The notes under the pieces are model-generated. The model made no database searches. It was given only the letters and a program-made list of their open reading frames with translations, and was not told where the DNA came from. A stretch of DNA of 64,000 nucleotides from an uncultured Pseudomonadota bacterium. GTDB lineage: Bacteria; Pseudomonadota; Alphaproteobacteria; Rs-D84. The stretch is from assembly GCA_947306185.1 (NCBI GenBank), contig CAMZFU010000002.1, forward strand, positions 2,128 through 66,127. The letters are read 5' to 3'. The translations under genes were made by a program, and so were the position numbers. This document shows, piece after piece, positions 1 to 9,796 of the stretch. Positions within the stretch are counted from its first letter, which is position 1; every line of letters begins with the position of its first letter.

Positions 1-207
1 GATTGATGCCTGGTTATGCCAATCATAATTACCAACCAATGCCTCAATATTCAATGTCCAATCTTCATCCAACACACTGAACACACCAAGACCGCCCTCA
101 AAGAAGTACGTTCTATCTACATCATCATCGTATGCAATGAATAACCCACCTTCGTTACCGAATTCATCAACACCGGTTATGCCATTACCATACACGAGCA
201 ATTCCAT
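1..207 (-). CDS. possible outer-membrane beta-barrel protein fragment, 3' part cut by window edge
   Basis: The minus-strand frame is open from the ATG at 207 to position 1 (MELLVYGNGITGVDEFGNEGGLFIAYDDDVDRTYFFEGGLGVFSVLDEDWTLNIEALVGNYDWHNQASI...). Its alternating pattern resembles the barrel part of the upstream ORF. There is no signal peptide, the start is uncertain, and it overlaps the end of 185..991 by 23 nt. Confidence 0.2.
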   Translation of the reverse strand, partial: MELLVYGNGITGVDEFGNEGGLFIAYDDDVDRTYFFEGGLGVFSVLDEDWTLNIEALVGNYDWHNQASI

Positions 208-991
208 ATATAGTAGATTTGGAAACTTTATAACCAGCCTTTAAATCCAATACGATGTCATTGGAAATATCTTGTTGTCTTTCATAATAACCAGACAATG
301 TCGCAATCCACTTTTCATTATCGGTAAAACGCCATTGCAAACCGGCACCATAGATATTAAATCCATTGTCGTCCATTTTATCATCTGGGGTTGATGCATC
401 AGACCAATCAAATTTATATTTCGTTGAATCATAACGCCCCATCAACAAGATACCGAATTTATCAGTAATACCGAAACTAAGGTCTTCTTTGACCGCGATT
501 TGATCCATGCTCCATTTTGCGGACGGGTCACTTATGTACCCCCCCGGAATGAAATCTAAATCATATGATGCGGTATTAAACCCAAGATCCGTTATTGAAC
601 CAAATTTACCTTCGGTTGGTTGAAAGAACGGATGCGCCAAATAATATTTACGTTTCATTGTTTTACGAACGGTCTGACTGCGATTATTTGTCGTTGTACG
701 CGTTGTCGTTGAACCGTTGTATCCACGATACATTTGACTGCGGTTTGTTGTTGGTTGCGAAGAGTAATATTGATTTCCGCCCATCGCGCCAGTTGAATTG
801 GAATATGTCCGTGTTGTAGAACGGGTTTCATATTTTGCATAGTTCACATTGTTTGGGTTACTGCGAACCGCCGGCATACCAGTCAAATCGGCTGCCGATG
901 CACCGCCCATTCCGTTATTCGTTGCCCCAACAGCGGGCACCATTGCACCAAACATCGCGGCAATCATAAATACATGTAAATACATTTTCAT
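185..991 (-). CDS. putative outer-membrane beta-barrel protein with low-complexity N-terminal region
   Basis: It has a signal peptide (MKMYLHVFMIAAMFGAMVPAVGA) and a T/N/S/R-rich low-complexity stretch. The C-terminal half has alternating beta-strand-like residues and ends in an aromatic residue (...YGIARVW). Confidence 0.5.
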   Translation of the reverse strand: MKMYLHVFMIAAMFGAMVPAVGATNNGMGGASAADLTGMPAVRSNPNNVNYAKYETRSTTRTYSNSTGAMGGNQYYSSQPTTNRSQMYRGYNGSTTTRTTTNNRSQTVRKTMKRKYYLAHPFFQPTEGKFGSITDLGFNTASYDLDFIPGGYISDPSAKWSMDQIAVKEDLSFGITDKFGILLMGRYDSTKYKFDWSDASTPDDKMDDNGFNIYGAGLQWRFTDNEKWIATLSGYYERQQDISNDIVLDLKAGYKVSKSTIYGIARVW

Positions 992-1073
992 ATTTATTTT
1001 CTCCTTTCTTGATGGTTAGATTATATCACAAAAAGGAACTATCACAAAACGAAAAACAAAAAAAGTTGTCAAA

Positions 1074-3326
1074 TTATAAAATTTGGCGTTTACCCTTGGC
1101 ATCGGCTGCACTAACAATGCCTTCCTGTTCCATACGTTCCATAAAGCCGGCGGCCTTGTTATATCCAACCCCTAAACGGCGTTGAATGTAAGATATTGTC
1201 GGTTTTTTATCACGCAAAACATATTCTTTGGCCATCGCATATAAATCGCCACCTTCGCCCGATGATATTGCGCCACCAACACCACCAGCAGATGCATCAT
1301 CCGCATTATCAACAACACCTTCGATATATTTAGGTTCACCTTGGGACCGTAAGAAATCACCAATACGTTGCAATTCCGGATTATCTATGAACGCAGCATG
1401 GATACGCACAGGCAACCGCCCAGATTCACTGAATAACATATCACCTTTATCCAACAGGTTTTCCGCGCCTTTTTCACCCAATGATGTAATAGAATCTTGG
1501 ATGCTGCGTGCCTGGAACGAAATACGCGTTGGGAAGTTTGCCTTGATTGCCCCGGTAATAATTGTCGCATCTGGACGCTGGGTCGCCATAACAAGGTGTA
1601 TCCCCGCGGCACGCGCCTTTTGCGCAATACGTTGCAGACATACATCCACTTCCTTGCGCGCAATGTTCATAAGGTCTGCGACTTCGTCAACGATGATGAC
1701 AATGTATGGTATATCAGACAAATCAACTTCTTGGGTTTCATATAACAATTCACCTGTTTCTTCATCTGTTCCAACCGCGACTTGGCGTGTTACAACCTCG
1801 CCTGCATCACGTTTGGCGGCAACCGTTTCATTATACTGTTCTATGTTTTGGGCATTAAACGTTTGTAACTGTTTATACCTATCGTCCATTTCACGCACCG
1901 CCCATTTAAGTGCATTAACCGCCGCCGCCGCATCATTTTTTACAATCGGCGTAATAAGGTGCGGAATATCATCCCAAAACCCAAAGTCAACCCCTTTGGG
2001 GTCGATAATCATCAATTTACATTTATCCGGTGTAAAGTGATACACAATAGATGTTATAATAGATTGAACAAATACCGATTTACCGGTTCCGGTACGTCCC
2101 GCAACCAACATATGTGGCATTTTTGCCAAATCAAAATACATTGGCCCCCCCGCGATATTAACCCCCAATGCCAATGGTATTTTATATTTGGAATTCACAA
2201 ATAAATCATCTTCAACTAATTCGCGGAAACGGACCGTTTGGCGATCAAGGTTGACCATTTCAACACCAATCAATTCTGTACGCGGAATATGCGCAATACG
2301 GATTCTTTCGGTTGCCATCGCACGCGTCATATCATTGACGGTCTTGCTCACATCAACCATCTTGGTCCCGCTTTCTGGTTTAAATTCATAAAGTGTAATA
2401 ATTGGTCCAGGGCGAATCCCCGAGACCACACCGTTGACATTGTATTCTGAAAAATGTTGCTCCAATAATGAGGCCTGACGTTTTAATTCTGGGGTAACGG
2501 TATTTTTACGGAAATTAGAACGTTCCAAAAATTCTGGATCTGGTAATTCATATTCAACGGCTTCACTATCAGAAGTTATAATGGCAGTTTTGCGACGCGG
2601 TTTCTTGCGTGGTTTTGTTTTTTCTTCTTCCTCCTCTTCTTCCTCTTCGGCTTCTTCAACCTCTTCTTCGTCTTCTTCGGATTCTTCTTCATCTTCTTCC
2701 TGTGGGATTTCGCGCATCAAATGGAACGCGGTCAGCAACCAACGCAACACACGCCAAAATGCACGAACAATACGCATAACATCACTAAAACTTATATGTA
2801 ATAATATGCCGGCGATAATAAGAAATCCCGCAATGCACAAAATACCAACGGCAATACCCACCCCACCAAGTACACTTGAAATATCGGCGGCGGCAACAGA
2901 ACCAACCATCCCACCAAACGTCGCACGTGGCGCAATTAACCCAAAACCGGCGGCACCCAAACATACCGCAACAAATCCACGTAATATGTTATATTCCGGG
3001 GTACCATCACCATCGCCCCCCAACATAAGGTTTACACCGTACCGTCCAATACATAACAAGATAAATAATGCTGGAATAAATCCAATCATATAACGCAATA
3101 TTCCAACAAAGTTCCCCATCAAAGATTGATTACCAAAATTTCCCGCGGCCGATACACCATCCAGATATGGATTATGAAACAGCAATGCCAACACTGCCCA
3201 CGTTGCAAACAACGCAACGGCAATGCCACACAATTTTTTGGCGAACCCTTTTAATGCCCCAGAAACACTTTCTGGCAAAAGTTTCGATTTATCACTCATA
3301 CTTGTTATTGTATCATAAAAAATCAC
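1074..3326 (-). CDS. ftsK: DNA translocase FtsK
   Basis: The 750-aa protein has N-terminal TM helices, a Glu-rich acidic linker and a Walker A motif (GRTGTGKS). The C-terminal winged-helix gamma domain is present (ISYIQRRLGVGYNKAAGFMERME). The start could be 3326 or 3299. Confidence 0.95.
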   Translation of the reverse strand: MIFYDTITSMSDKSKLLPESVSGALKGFAKKLCGIAVALFATWAVLALLFHNPYLDGVSAAGNFGNQSLMGNFVGILRYMIGFIPALFILLCIGRYGVNLMLGGDGDGTPEYNILRGFVAVCLGAAGFGLIAPRATFGGMVGSVAAADISSVLGGVGIAVGILCIAGFLIIAGILLHISFSDVMRIVRAFWRVLRWLLTAFHLMREIPQEEDEEESEEDEEEVEEAEEEEEEEEEKTKPRKKPRRKTAIITSDSEAVEYELPDPEFLERSNFRKNTVTPELKRQASLLEQHFSEYNVNGVVSGIRPGPIITLYEFKPESGTKMVDVSKTVNDMTRAMATERIRIAHIPRTELIGVEMVNLDRQTVRFRELVEDDLFVNSKYKIPLALGVNIAGGPMYFDLAKMPHMLVAGRTGTGKSVFVQSIITSIVYHFTPDKCKLMIIDPKGVDFGFWDDIPHLITPIVKNDAAAAVNALKWAVREMDDRYKQLQTFNAQNIEQYNETVAAKRDAGEVVTRQVAVGTDEETGELLYETQEVDLSDIPYIVIIVDEVADLMNIARKEVDVCLQRIAQKARAAGIHLVMATQRPDATIITGAIKANFPTRISFQARSIQDSITSLGEKGAENLLDKGDMLFSESGRLPVRIHAAFIDNPELQRIGDFLRSQGEPKYIEGVVDNADDASAGGVGGAISSGEGGDLYAMAKEYVLRDKKPTISYIQRRLGVGYNKAAGFMERMEQEGIVSAADAKGKRQIL

Positions 3327-3349
3327 AAAATCATAGCCGCCAACGCCAT

Positions 3350-3994
3350 TTATTTAACGCGACGCGTTAAAATATCTTTGACAATAACTGCTGTCGCGGT
3401 TCCGATAAACGCACCCATGATAACATCAGATGGCCAATGCGCACCGGCACACACACGCGACACACCGATAACCACCGCCAATATCCAGAAAAACCAGCGA
3501 CCGCGTGGCGCCAACATCCCAATCATCACCAATCCCGCAAACGATGCAAATGTGTGTCCTGATGGCATTGAATGAAATGCCCAATCTTTTGCAAATGGGA
3601 AAAATCCAGTTGTATTTAATGCTTCATAAAAAATCGGGCGCATACGACCAACCAGTATTTTTATTACACCACCAATCACCGTTGCACAGCATACAGAACA
3701 CAAAACCCAAAATGCATAACTATGTCTTACCATATGATACGCTTCTAAAAGATTGACCTTGGTCTTGGTCTGGATAATTTTGCGAATATAAAAAATCACC
3801 ACTATCAAGAACGATATCACAATCCAATTTTTCGTATTGAATATGGCACTAAGAATATCCCATATCTTATAATCAAATTGGCGCAAAAAATTATAAATCG
3901 GGATATCAAATCCAAATATTCCCCATATCACAATTGCACAAGTCAAAACAAATGCAATACTAATTTCCACCAATCTGTTTTTCATACCAATCAT
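3350..3994 (-). CDS. PAP2-family lipid phosphatase
   Basis: All three PAP2 motifs are present: KX6RP (KILVGRMRP), PSGH (MPSGHT) and SRX5HX3D (SRVCAGAHWPSD). The protein is a polytopic membrane protein. Confidence 0.85.
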   Translation of the reverse strand: MIGMKNRLVEISIAFVLTCAIVIWGIFGFDIPIYNFLRQFDYKIWDILSAIFNTKNWIVISFLIVVIFYIRKIIQTKTKVNLLEAYHMVRHSYAFWVLCSVCCATVIGGVIKILVGRMRPIFYEALNTTGFFPFAKDWAFHSMPSGHTFASFAGLVMIGMLAPRGRWFFWILAVVIGVSRVCAGAHWPSDVIMGAFIGTATAVIVKDILTRRVK

Positions 3995-3997
3995 TCC

Positions 3998-5509
3998 TTA
4001 TTCAAAATTTAATAATCTGCTGTATACTTTGGCATCGGTCAATATCTTAACCGCGACCGAAAGTGCGACCATATCTTCATCTTCGCCACTGGTAATTGTT
4101 GGGCACCCACGACGAACCGATTCGGCATCAACGCCATTGTCACGATTATAATCATGCGCACGAAAATCATTATTTATTACATTAAGGAAAAAAGCACTCT
4201 GCTGGGCCGATGTCCGAATATTAGACAAACACACCAATGGGAAAACACCTCGACGATCAATCATGTTGCCCTTGCCTGTTTTGACCGATTTATTCATCAA
4301 TTCTAACACCCCACCGTCATCTAACTGTAATCGTGATGCGATTCGTGCAACACCCGCGGTTGGTGTTCCAATTATCACCCCACGTCCATTTTCATAGAAA
4401 GAATTCGCGATTGCTTCGGCGGTGCCACGTGTCATATTAGAAACAACGACTACAACTGGTGCATTTGTCACTGCGTCACCTGCTGGTATTACCTCTACTT
4501 CATCATGTGCTGTTTCAACAATTCGCATAATCGGGTGTGGCCCAATAAATAGCCCAGCCAATTTTGCCGCTGCGCGTTCATCATCACCATTTGCTGAACG
4601 CAAATCCAACATAACACCGGAAAGATTTTTATGCTTTGATAATGCCTCGGCCACAATAGATGCCGCGTTATTTGAAACACGGTTCACAACAATTTGTAAT
4701 ATTCCGCCATTGGCATCATCCATAAAAATAACATCTGCATCGGCAATAACTATTGTTGCACGACGAACCACAATACGACGTGTACCACTTGGTGTCATTA
4801 ATGTCATTTTTAATGTTCCCGAATTAAACCCAGACATCATCGCCGCCAATGCCGAATCGGCCAAATCAGAAACCAATGTGCCATTTATTTCACCAATCAA
4901 ATCACCCGCCGAAACACCGGCATTATCCGCCGGAGAACCTTTATATACACCCAACACGCGGAAATTTCCGCGTTCATCCCGCATACCTTCGATACCAACA
5001 CTGGTTAGTATTCGACCATCACTTTTGACTTCGGCATCTTGTGAATAAATATAACGGCCGCTTTCATCAATACCGCGCATCAGACCGTCTACAACCGCAC
5101 GGTATATTTCACTTTCCCCCGCCATGGCAAGGTTCGGATCACGTTCACGTAATTTCAGAACCAGCGCCGTTGTAATTTCACCAAACGCGTCCCAATCACG
5201 CGCCGCGGGGCGTGGATAATTCGCAATAATTGAATCGCCCCAAACCAAAACCACACGTTCATCAGTCGCCGCGATGTGCGCATTTTGATGCAAGTTTTCC
5301 AAACTTTCGATTGCGACATTTATGCTTTTACCGCCCCAACTTACACCATCTAATTTTTCATAAATATCGGCGAATCCACGTGACATTTCAACAACATTAA
5401 GACCACCTTGGATTGGTTCGTCTTCAAAAAACAGATTGCCAGCATATGCACCACCTGTTGCAAAAAATCCAAGCAAGATTCCGAAAAAAACTTTTTTAAT
5501 TTTTGTCAT
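3998..5509 (-). CDS. S41 (C-terminal processing) peptidase family protein, catalytic motifs apparently degenerate
   Basis: It has a signal peptide, a PDZ-like segment (GVYKGSPADNAGVSAGDLIGEINGT) and a DLRxN-like motif (LDLRSANG). The usual GSASASE...TFGKG context reads NMTRGTAE...PTAGVA. Confidence 0.75.
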   Translation of the reverse strand: MTKIKKVFFGILLGFFATGGAYAGNLFFEDEPIQGGLNVVEMSRGFADIYEKLDGVSWGGKSINVAIESLENLHQNAHIAATDERVVLVWGDSIIANYPRPAARDWDAFGEITTALVLKLRERDPNLAMAGESEIYRAVVDGLMRGIDESGRYIYSQDAEVKSDGRILTSVGIEGMRDERGNFRVLGVYKGSPADNAGVSAGDLIGEINGTLVSDLADSALAAMMSGFNSGTLKMTLMTPSGTRRIVVRRATIVIADADVIFMDDANGGILQIVVNRVSNNAASIVAEALSKHKNLSGVMLDLRSANGDDERAAAKLAGLFIGPHPIMRIVETAHDEVEVIPAGDAVTNAPVVVVVSNMTRGTAEAIANSFYENGRGVIIGTPTAGVARIASRLQLDDGGVLELMNKSVKTGKGNMIDRRGVFPLVCLSNIRTSAQQSAFFLNVINNDFRAHDYNRDNGVDAESVRRGCPTITSGEDEDMVALSVAVKILTDAKVYSRLLNFE

Positions 5510-5543
5510 CCATCCCCCCTATCCTTTTGCAACAGGCCACATA

Positions 5544-6407
5544 CTAATATTGCGTTTCACGTAAATTAAAGTGGTACAAGATTACGTTCGAAATATAAAT
5601 ACTGGTCAATGTTCCCATAATAACCGAGAATGTCATCGCAATTGCAAAATCACGTAATGCCATACCGCCAAATACAAACAGCCCCAACAATGCTAATATA
5701 GTTGTGATACTGGTCATCAAAGTACGTGACAACATTTCATTGACTGATAAATCGATAAGTTCATCCATTGGCATTTTGTGATACTTTTTAATATTCTCGT
5801 CGATTCGGTCATAGTTAACAACCTTATCGTTAATGGAATATCCAACCCCCATAAGGACAACCGCAATCGCGGTTTGATTGAATTCTAACCCCATAATCGA
5901 AAAGAACCCGAACATCAAAATAAAGTCCAATACCAACGATACAAATGAACCAACGGCGTAACCACCACGGTACCGTATCCAAATATATACAGCCATTAAT
6001 ATAAATGATACCAATACAGCAAGAATACCACCACGCACCAATTCGCCACCGATTTTTGGTCCAACAATCTGAACTTGGGCATATTCAACACGTGTCCCCA
6101 AAATATCTTTGATTTCACGTACACGTTCATTTTGTTCGGCATCGGTCGCCCCCTTTGGTAATCCGACACGAATCAAAATAGAATTGCCGTCTACAGATTG
6201 CAATTCCGGACTAAACGCCGCCAAATCATGGCGCATCTTGTCAACGGTGTATTCAGGGCTGTTGGATTTAACCTCCATAGAAATACCACCCGCAAAGTCA
6301 ATACCATAATTAAGCCCTTTGAACGCAAGTGATAAAATAGATATCAACACCAATGCACCGGAAATCCAGTACGATAATTTGCGATACTTCATAAAATGCA
6401 ATTTCAT
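5544..6407 (-). CDS. secF: protein translocase subunit SecF
   Basis: The 287-aa protein has a typical SecF TM layout and lies immediately downstream of secD. Confidence 0.95.
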   Translation of the reverse strand: MKLHFMKYRKLSYWISGALVLISILSLAFKGLNYGIDFAGGISMEVKSNSPEYTVDKMRHDLAAFSPELQSVDGNSILIRVGLPKGATDAEQNERVREIKDILGTRVEYAQVQIVGPKIGGELVRGGILAVLVSFILMAVYIWIRYRGGYAVGSFVSLVLDFILMFGFFSIMGLEFNQTAIAVVLMGVGYSINDKVVNYDRIDENIKKYHKMPMDELIDLSVNEMLSRTLMTSITTILALLGLFVFGGMALRDFAIAMTFSVIMGTLTSIYISNVILYHFNLRETQY

Positions 6408-6418
6408 ATCAAAACCCC

Positions 6419-7978
6419 TTACTTTTTTCTTACATAACCAATTTTCTTGTTTTTACCACCCATATACCAATCTATCAGCAAACGGCTTAACCATATACAG
6501 GTGAACAATGTGGTGATAACACCCAACGATAATGTAACCGCAAATCCACGAATCGGTCCGGCACCAAATTGGAACAATATCAACGCACAAATCAAATTGG
6601 TTAATTCACCGTCCAAAACAGTTTTCATTGAACGATTAAATCCAGAATCAACCGCACGCAACGGTGTTGCCCCCGAACGCAATTCATCCCTAATACGTTC
6701 GAACGGCAATATGTTTGCGTCCACCGCCATACCTAATGTCAAAACGATACCGGCAATACCAGGCAATGTTAATGTCGCGCCCATCAATGCCGACACACCA
6801 ATAATCATGGCAAGGTTAACCATCAAAACGATATCAGCAACCAACCCAAAACCGCGATATACCAATAACATAAACAATAATACGAATATAACCCCAATCG
6901 CCGAACCAATTTTACCTTGGGCAATGGTGTCCGCACCAAGTCCCGCACCAACGGTACGTTCTTCGATAACCTGTAACGGGGCCGGCAACGCACCACTACG
7001 CAATAACACGGCCAAATCTTTGGCCCCCTGTAAAGTAAATCCACCAGAAATCTGACCACGACCACCAGGAATCGGTTCACGAATTGTTGGCGCCGACAAA
7101 ACCTTGCCGTCCAAAACAATTGCGAATCGCTCGTTAACGTGTTCAGTGGTAAGTTTCGCAAACCGTCTTGCCCCTACGGCATCAAACACCGTTGTTACAA
7201 CCGGCATATTATTCTGATCAAAGTCCGCCTGGGAATCTTTCAAACTTTCACCAGAAACTTCAATTCTGGAATAAACCGGAACCTTGCTCCATGGGGATTC
7301 CATATACGGCAAAAATTCTGTACCCGCCGGTGCCACATCACTTGCCAGCTGTTCTTGAGTAACATTTTCATTTACCAAATGGAACGTCATCTTGGCGGTC
7401 TGACCAATAAGTTCTTTGATATGTTCTGGGTTATCAACACCTGGCAATTGAACTAATATATATTTTCCACCCTGACTTTGGATAGATGGTTCTTTGGTGC
7501 CCAACGCGTCAATACGACGACGAACAATTTCAATACTACGCGCCAATGCGTCCGCGGTCATTTCTTCTTTCTGTTTGTCGGTATAAGACAATGTCAATGT
7601 TTTCCCCGATGAAGAAATATCAACCGTATTTCCAAGAACACTTCTTAAACGGCCTTTGGCCTTGGACACGTCATCACTTTCGCGAACAACCAATGAAACT
7701 ATGCCGTCTTTGTTTTGCAAATTAGAAAAACGAATAACACCTTTGTCGCGATTAATCAATGCGCTGCGCACTTCGTCATATAATTGCGCAGATTTTTCCT
7801 TGAACATCGTGTTGGTATCAACCTCTAACAACAACTGCGCCCCACCTTTAAGGTCCAAACCCAAAGAAATCGGGTGCATCCATGTCGGCATATATTTTGC
7901 CGCACGTGTTGATAATGTCGGCACGGCAAGTAATACACCAAACACCGCAACAAAAATAATTGCTAATTTTTTTAACAT
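6419..7978 (-). CDS. secD: protein translocase subunit SecD
   Basis: The 519-aa protein has a large periplasmic domain followed by a C-terminal 6-TM SecD/F domain. It sits in the conserved yajC-secD-secF order. Confidence 0.95.
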   Translation of the reverse strand: MLKKLAIIFVAVFGVLLAVPTLSTRAAKYMPTWMHPISLGLDLKGGAQLLLEVDTNTMFKEKSAQLYDEVRSALINRDKGVIRFSNLQNKDGIVSLVVRESDDVSKAKGRLRSVLGNTVDISSSGKTLTLSYTDKQKEEMTADALARSIEIVRRRIDALGTKEPSIQSQGGKYILVQLPGVDNPEHIKELIGQTAKMTFHLVNENVTQEQLASDVAPAGTEFLPYMESPWSKVPVYSRIEVSGESLKDSQADFDQNNMPVVTTVFDAVGARRFAKLTTEHVNERFAIVLDGKVLSAPTIREPIPGGRGQISGGFTLQGAKDLAVLLRSGALPAPLQVIEERTVGAGLGADTIAQGKIGSAIGVIFVLLFMLLVYRGFGLVADIVLMVNLAMIIGVSALMGATLTLPGIAGIVLTLGMAVDANILPFERIRDELRSGATPLRAVDSGFNRSMKTVLDGELTNLICALILFQFGAGPIRGFAVTLSLGVITTLFTCIWLSRLLIDWYMGGKNKKIGYVRKK

Positions 7979-7990
7979 AACCGAATCCCC

Positions 7991-8317
7991 TTATTTTTCA
8001 ACACTCGCGACTGCGTTCTTGCTAACCTCTATCACGACACCTTTGGCGATTTCCATTTCCAATGTTTTATCACCAACCTTTTTCACGGTACCATAAATCC
8101 CGGCGGCCATAATACGGTCACCAACCTTGATAGAATCAACCATCTTTTGATATTCCGCCATACGCCGTTTATTCGGACGCACCATAAAGAAATATATGAT
8201 TACGAATATAATCAAACAATAAAGCAACATTCCACCCCAACTGCCCTGTTGTGCGGCGGCGGGTGCTGTCCCAGTTGCGGTATCAACAACGGTATCTACT
8301 GCTGTAACTTCTTGCAT
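7991..8317 (-). CDS. yajC: preprotein translocase subunit YajC
   Basis: The 108-aa protein has a single TM helix followed by the YajC core (RPNKRRMAEYQKMVDSIKVGDRIMAAGIYGTV). Confidence 0.9.
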   Translation of the reverse strand: MQEVTAVDTVVDTATGTAPAAAQQGSWGGMLLYCLIIFVIIYFFMVRPNKRRMAEYQKMVDSIKVGDRIMAAGIYGTVKKVGDKTLEMEIAKGVVIEVSKNAVASVEK

Positions 8318-8433
8318 TTATTTTCTCCTTTTTATTATTTCTTATGCCCCAAGGGTAGAAAAAAAAACATACAATGTAAAGGAATAAGTGCAAATGATAA
8401 ATACCCATTGTTTAGCGATATTGCAAACAGATT

Positions 8434-9468
8434 TTATGCAACGGCGAAATTTAACCGTGGGGATACAAAATTAGATATTGAATTCGATATATTACCGATA
8501 TTACGGCATAGTTTATTAATCAGATTATACGTGCACGCCCATTTAAGCCACCCATGTGCCGATGCCAATTGGCCGACGGCGTGGTCACTGGTGTCACCAT
8601 AGTATGCGATATTCATTAATCGATGACGTATTTTTTTTACCCCCCGCGGCCGCAACAATACAAATTTTATAAAATGCCGGTAACCAATAATATTAACCCC
8701 ATGCGATACCGGATGCAGAAAATATTTTGATAAAATCAGTTTCAATTTATTACCCAAAAAGACATTTATACGTTGCAGATACCCCCACAAAGCATGTTTA
8801 TCATTACCGAACAAACAGAAATCATCACAATAGCGCAGGTAATCATGACAATGCAAAATATGTTTTACGAACATATCCAATTGATGCAAGTACACATTTC
8901 CCATCCATTGACTGGTCAGGTTTCCGATTGGCAAATTTGTATCACCGCCGACGGACCGCACGATATCATTTAACACCCGGATTAATCGACTATCGCCGAT
9001 TTTTTGTTTTAATATATCCATCATAATATCATGATTAATTGACGGAAAGAATTTTTTTATATCGCATTGCAGGTAATATTTATTTCTGCGTACGAATTGC
9101 ATTACGCGTTTTGATGCGGCATGCAATCCACGGCCGGGGATACACGCATAAGAATCACGAATAAACATCCGTTGCCAAATTGGTCCCAACACATTGATAA
9201 TTGCATGATGAACGATATGGTCGGGATAAAGTGGCAATTCATAGATATCCCGTTTTTTGGGTTCGTATATAGTGAACACGCGATAGTTTGATGTTTTGAA
9301 CGTTCCGTCCATCAGTGATTGGCGCAATTTTTTCAGTAAATTTTCGCTATCCGCCAAGAATTTTTTGGTAGATTTTTTATTTTTCTTGCTGCGCACGGCT
9401 TTTTTTGCGGCCAACCTAAAATTTTCTTCGGAAATAAATTCGTCCCACAAATTTTTGTAACGTTTCAT
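8434..9468 (-). CDS. diversity-generating retroelement reverse transcriptase
   Basis: The 344-aa protein has RT motifs QCDIKKFFPSINH and PGRGLHAA. It carries the DGR-diagnostic IGNLTSQ (nt 8908..8928), the YCDD catalytic box (nt 8821..8832) and a C-terminal HGWLKW..TYNL. It lies about 0.6 kb from a TR/VR pair with adenine-only mismatches. Confidence 0.93.
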   Translation of the reverse strand: MKRYKNLWDEFISEENFRLAAKKAVRSKKNKKSTKKFLADSENLLKKLRQSLMDGTFKTSNYRVFTIYEPKKRDIYELPLYPDHIVHHAIINVLGPIWQRMFIRDSYACIPGRGLHAASKRVMQFVRRNKYYLQCDIKKFFPSINHDIMMDILKQKIGDSRLIRVLNDIVRSVGGDTNLPIGNLTSQWMGNVYLHQLDMFVKHILHCHDYLRYCDDFCLFGNDKHALWGYLQRINVFLGNKLKLILSKYFLHPVSHGVNIIGYRHFIKFVLLRPRGVKKIRHRLMNIAYYGDTSDHAVGQLASAHGWLKWACTYNLINKLCRNIGNISNSISNFVSPRLNFAVA

Positions 9469-9469
9469 T

Positions 9470-9796
9470 TTACGAAAAGGAATAATATTTATCTATTTTT
9501 ACGATTGTTGTTTTGAATGGAATATTTCCTTTGACAGATTTTATTTGGTCCAACAAAACGACACTGCCGGTGAACAGGATACAAACTTCGCCATTAAACA
9601 CGAATTGTAATTGCAAACATTCCGCATTATCATGTTTTTTTGATTGTGTGATTCTAAAATCCACGATAAGTATTTCTTGGTTTAGAATATTATCCAATCT
9701 GCGTTTGGTTCCGGGCAACGGCAATTTATCCCGCGCGAACGCGGAAAATTTTGGGCAACCGTCTTGTTGTAACATATTTATTTCGTCCAAGGTCAT
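9470..9796 (-). CDS. DGR-associated small protein, candidate non-Avd accessory factor
   Basis: This 108-aa ORF lies between the TR and the RT. Its stop is 1 nt before the RT ATG (TAA-A-ATG), suggesting translational coupling. It is near-neutral (14 K/R vs 12 D/E by my count) with a beta-strand-like pattern, and I recognise no family. Confidence 0.6.
   Translation of the reverse strand: MTLDEINMLQQDGCPKFSAFARDKLPLPGTKRRLDNILNQEILIVDFRITQSKKHDNAECLQLQFVFNGEVCILFTGSVVLLDQIKSVKGNIPFKTTIVKIDKYYSFS

Noticed and set aside
1228-3093. Plus-strand ORFs 1228..2040 and 2581..3093 (including a poly-Ser run)
   Set aside because: They are antisense shadows of ftsK. The poly-Ser run is the complement of the Glu-rich GAA/GAG linker. 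It is coding low complexity, not a phase-variable repeat.
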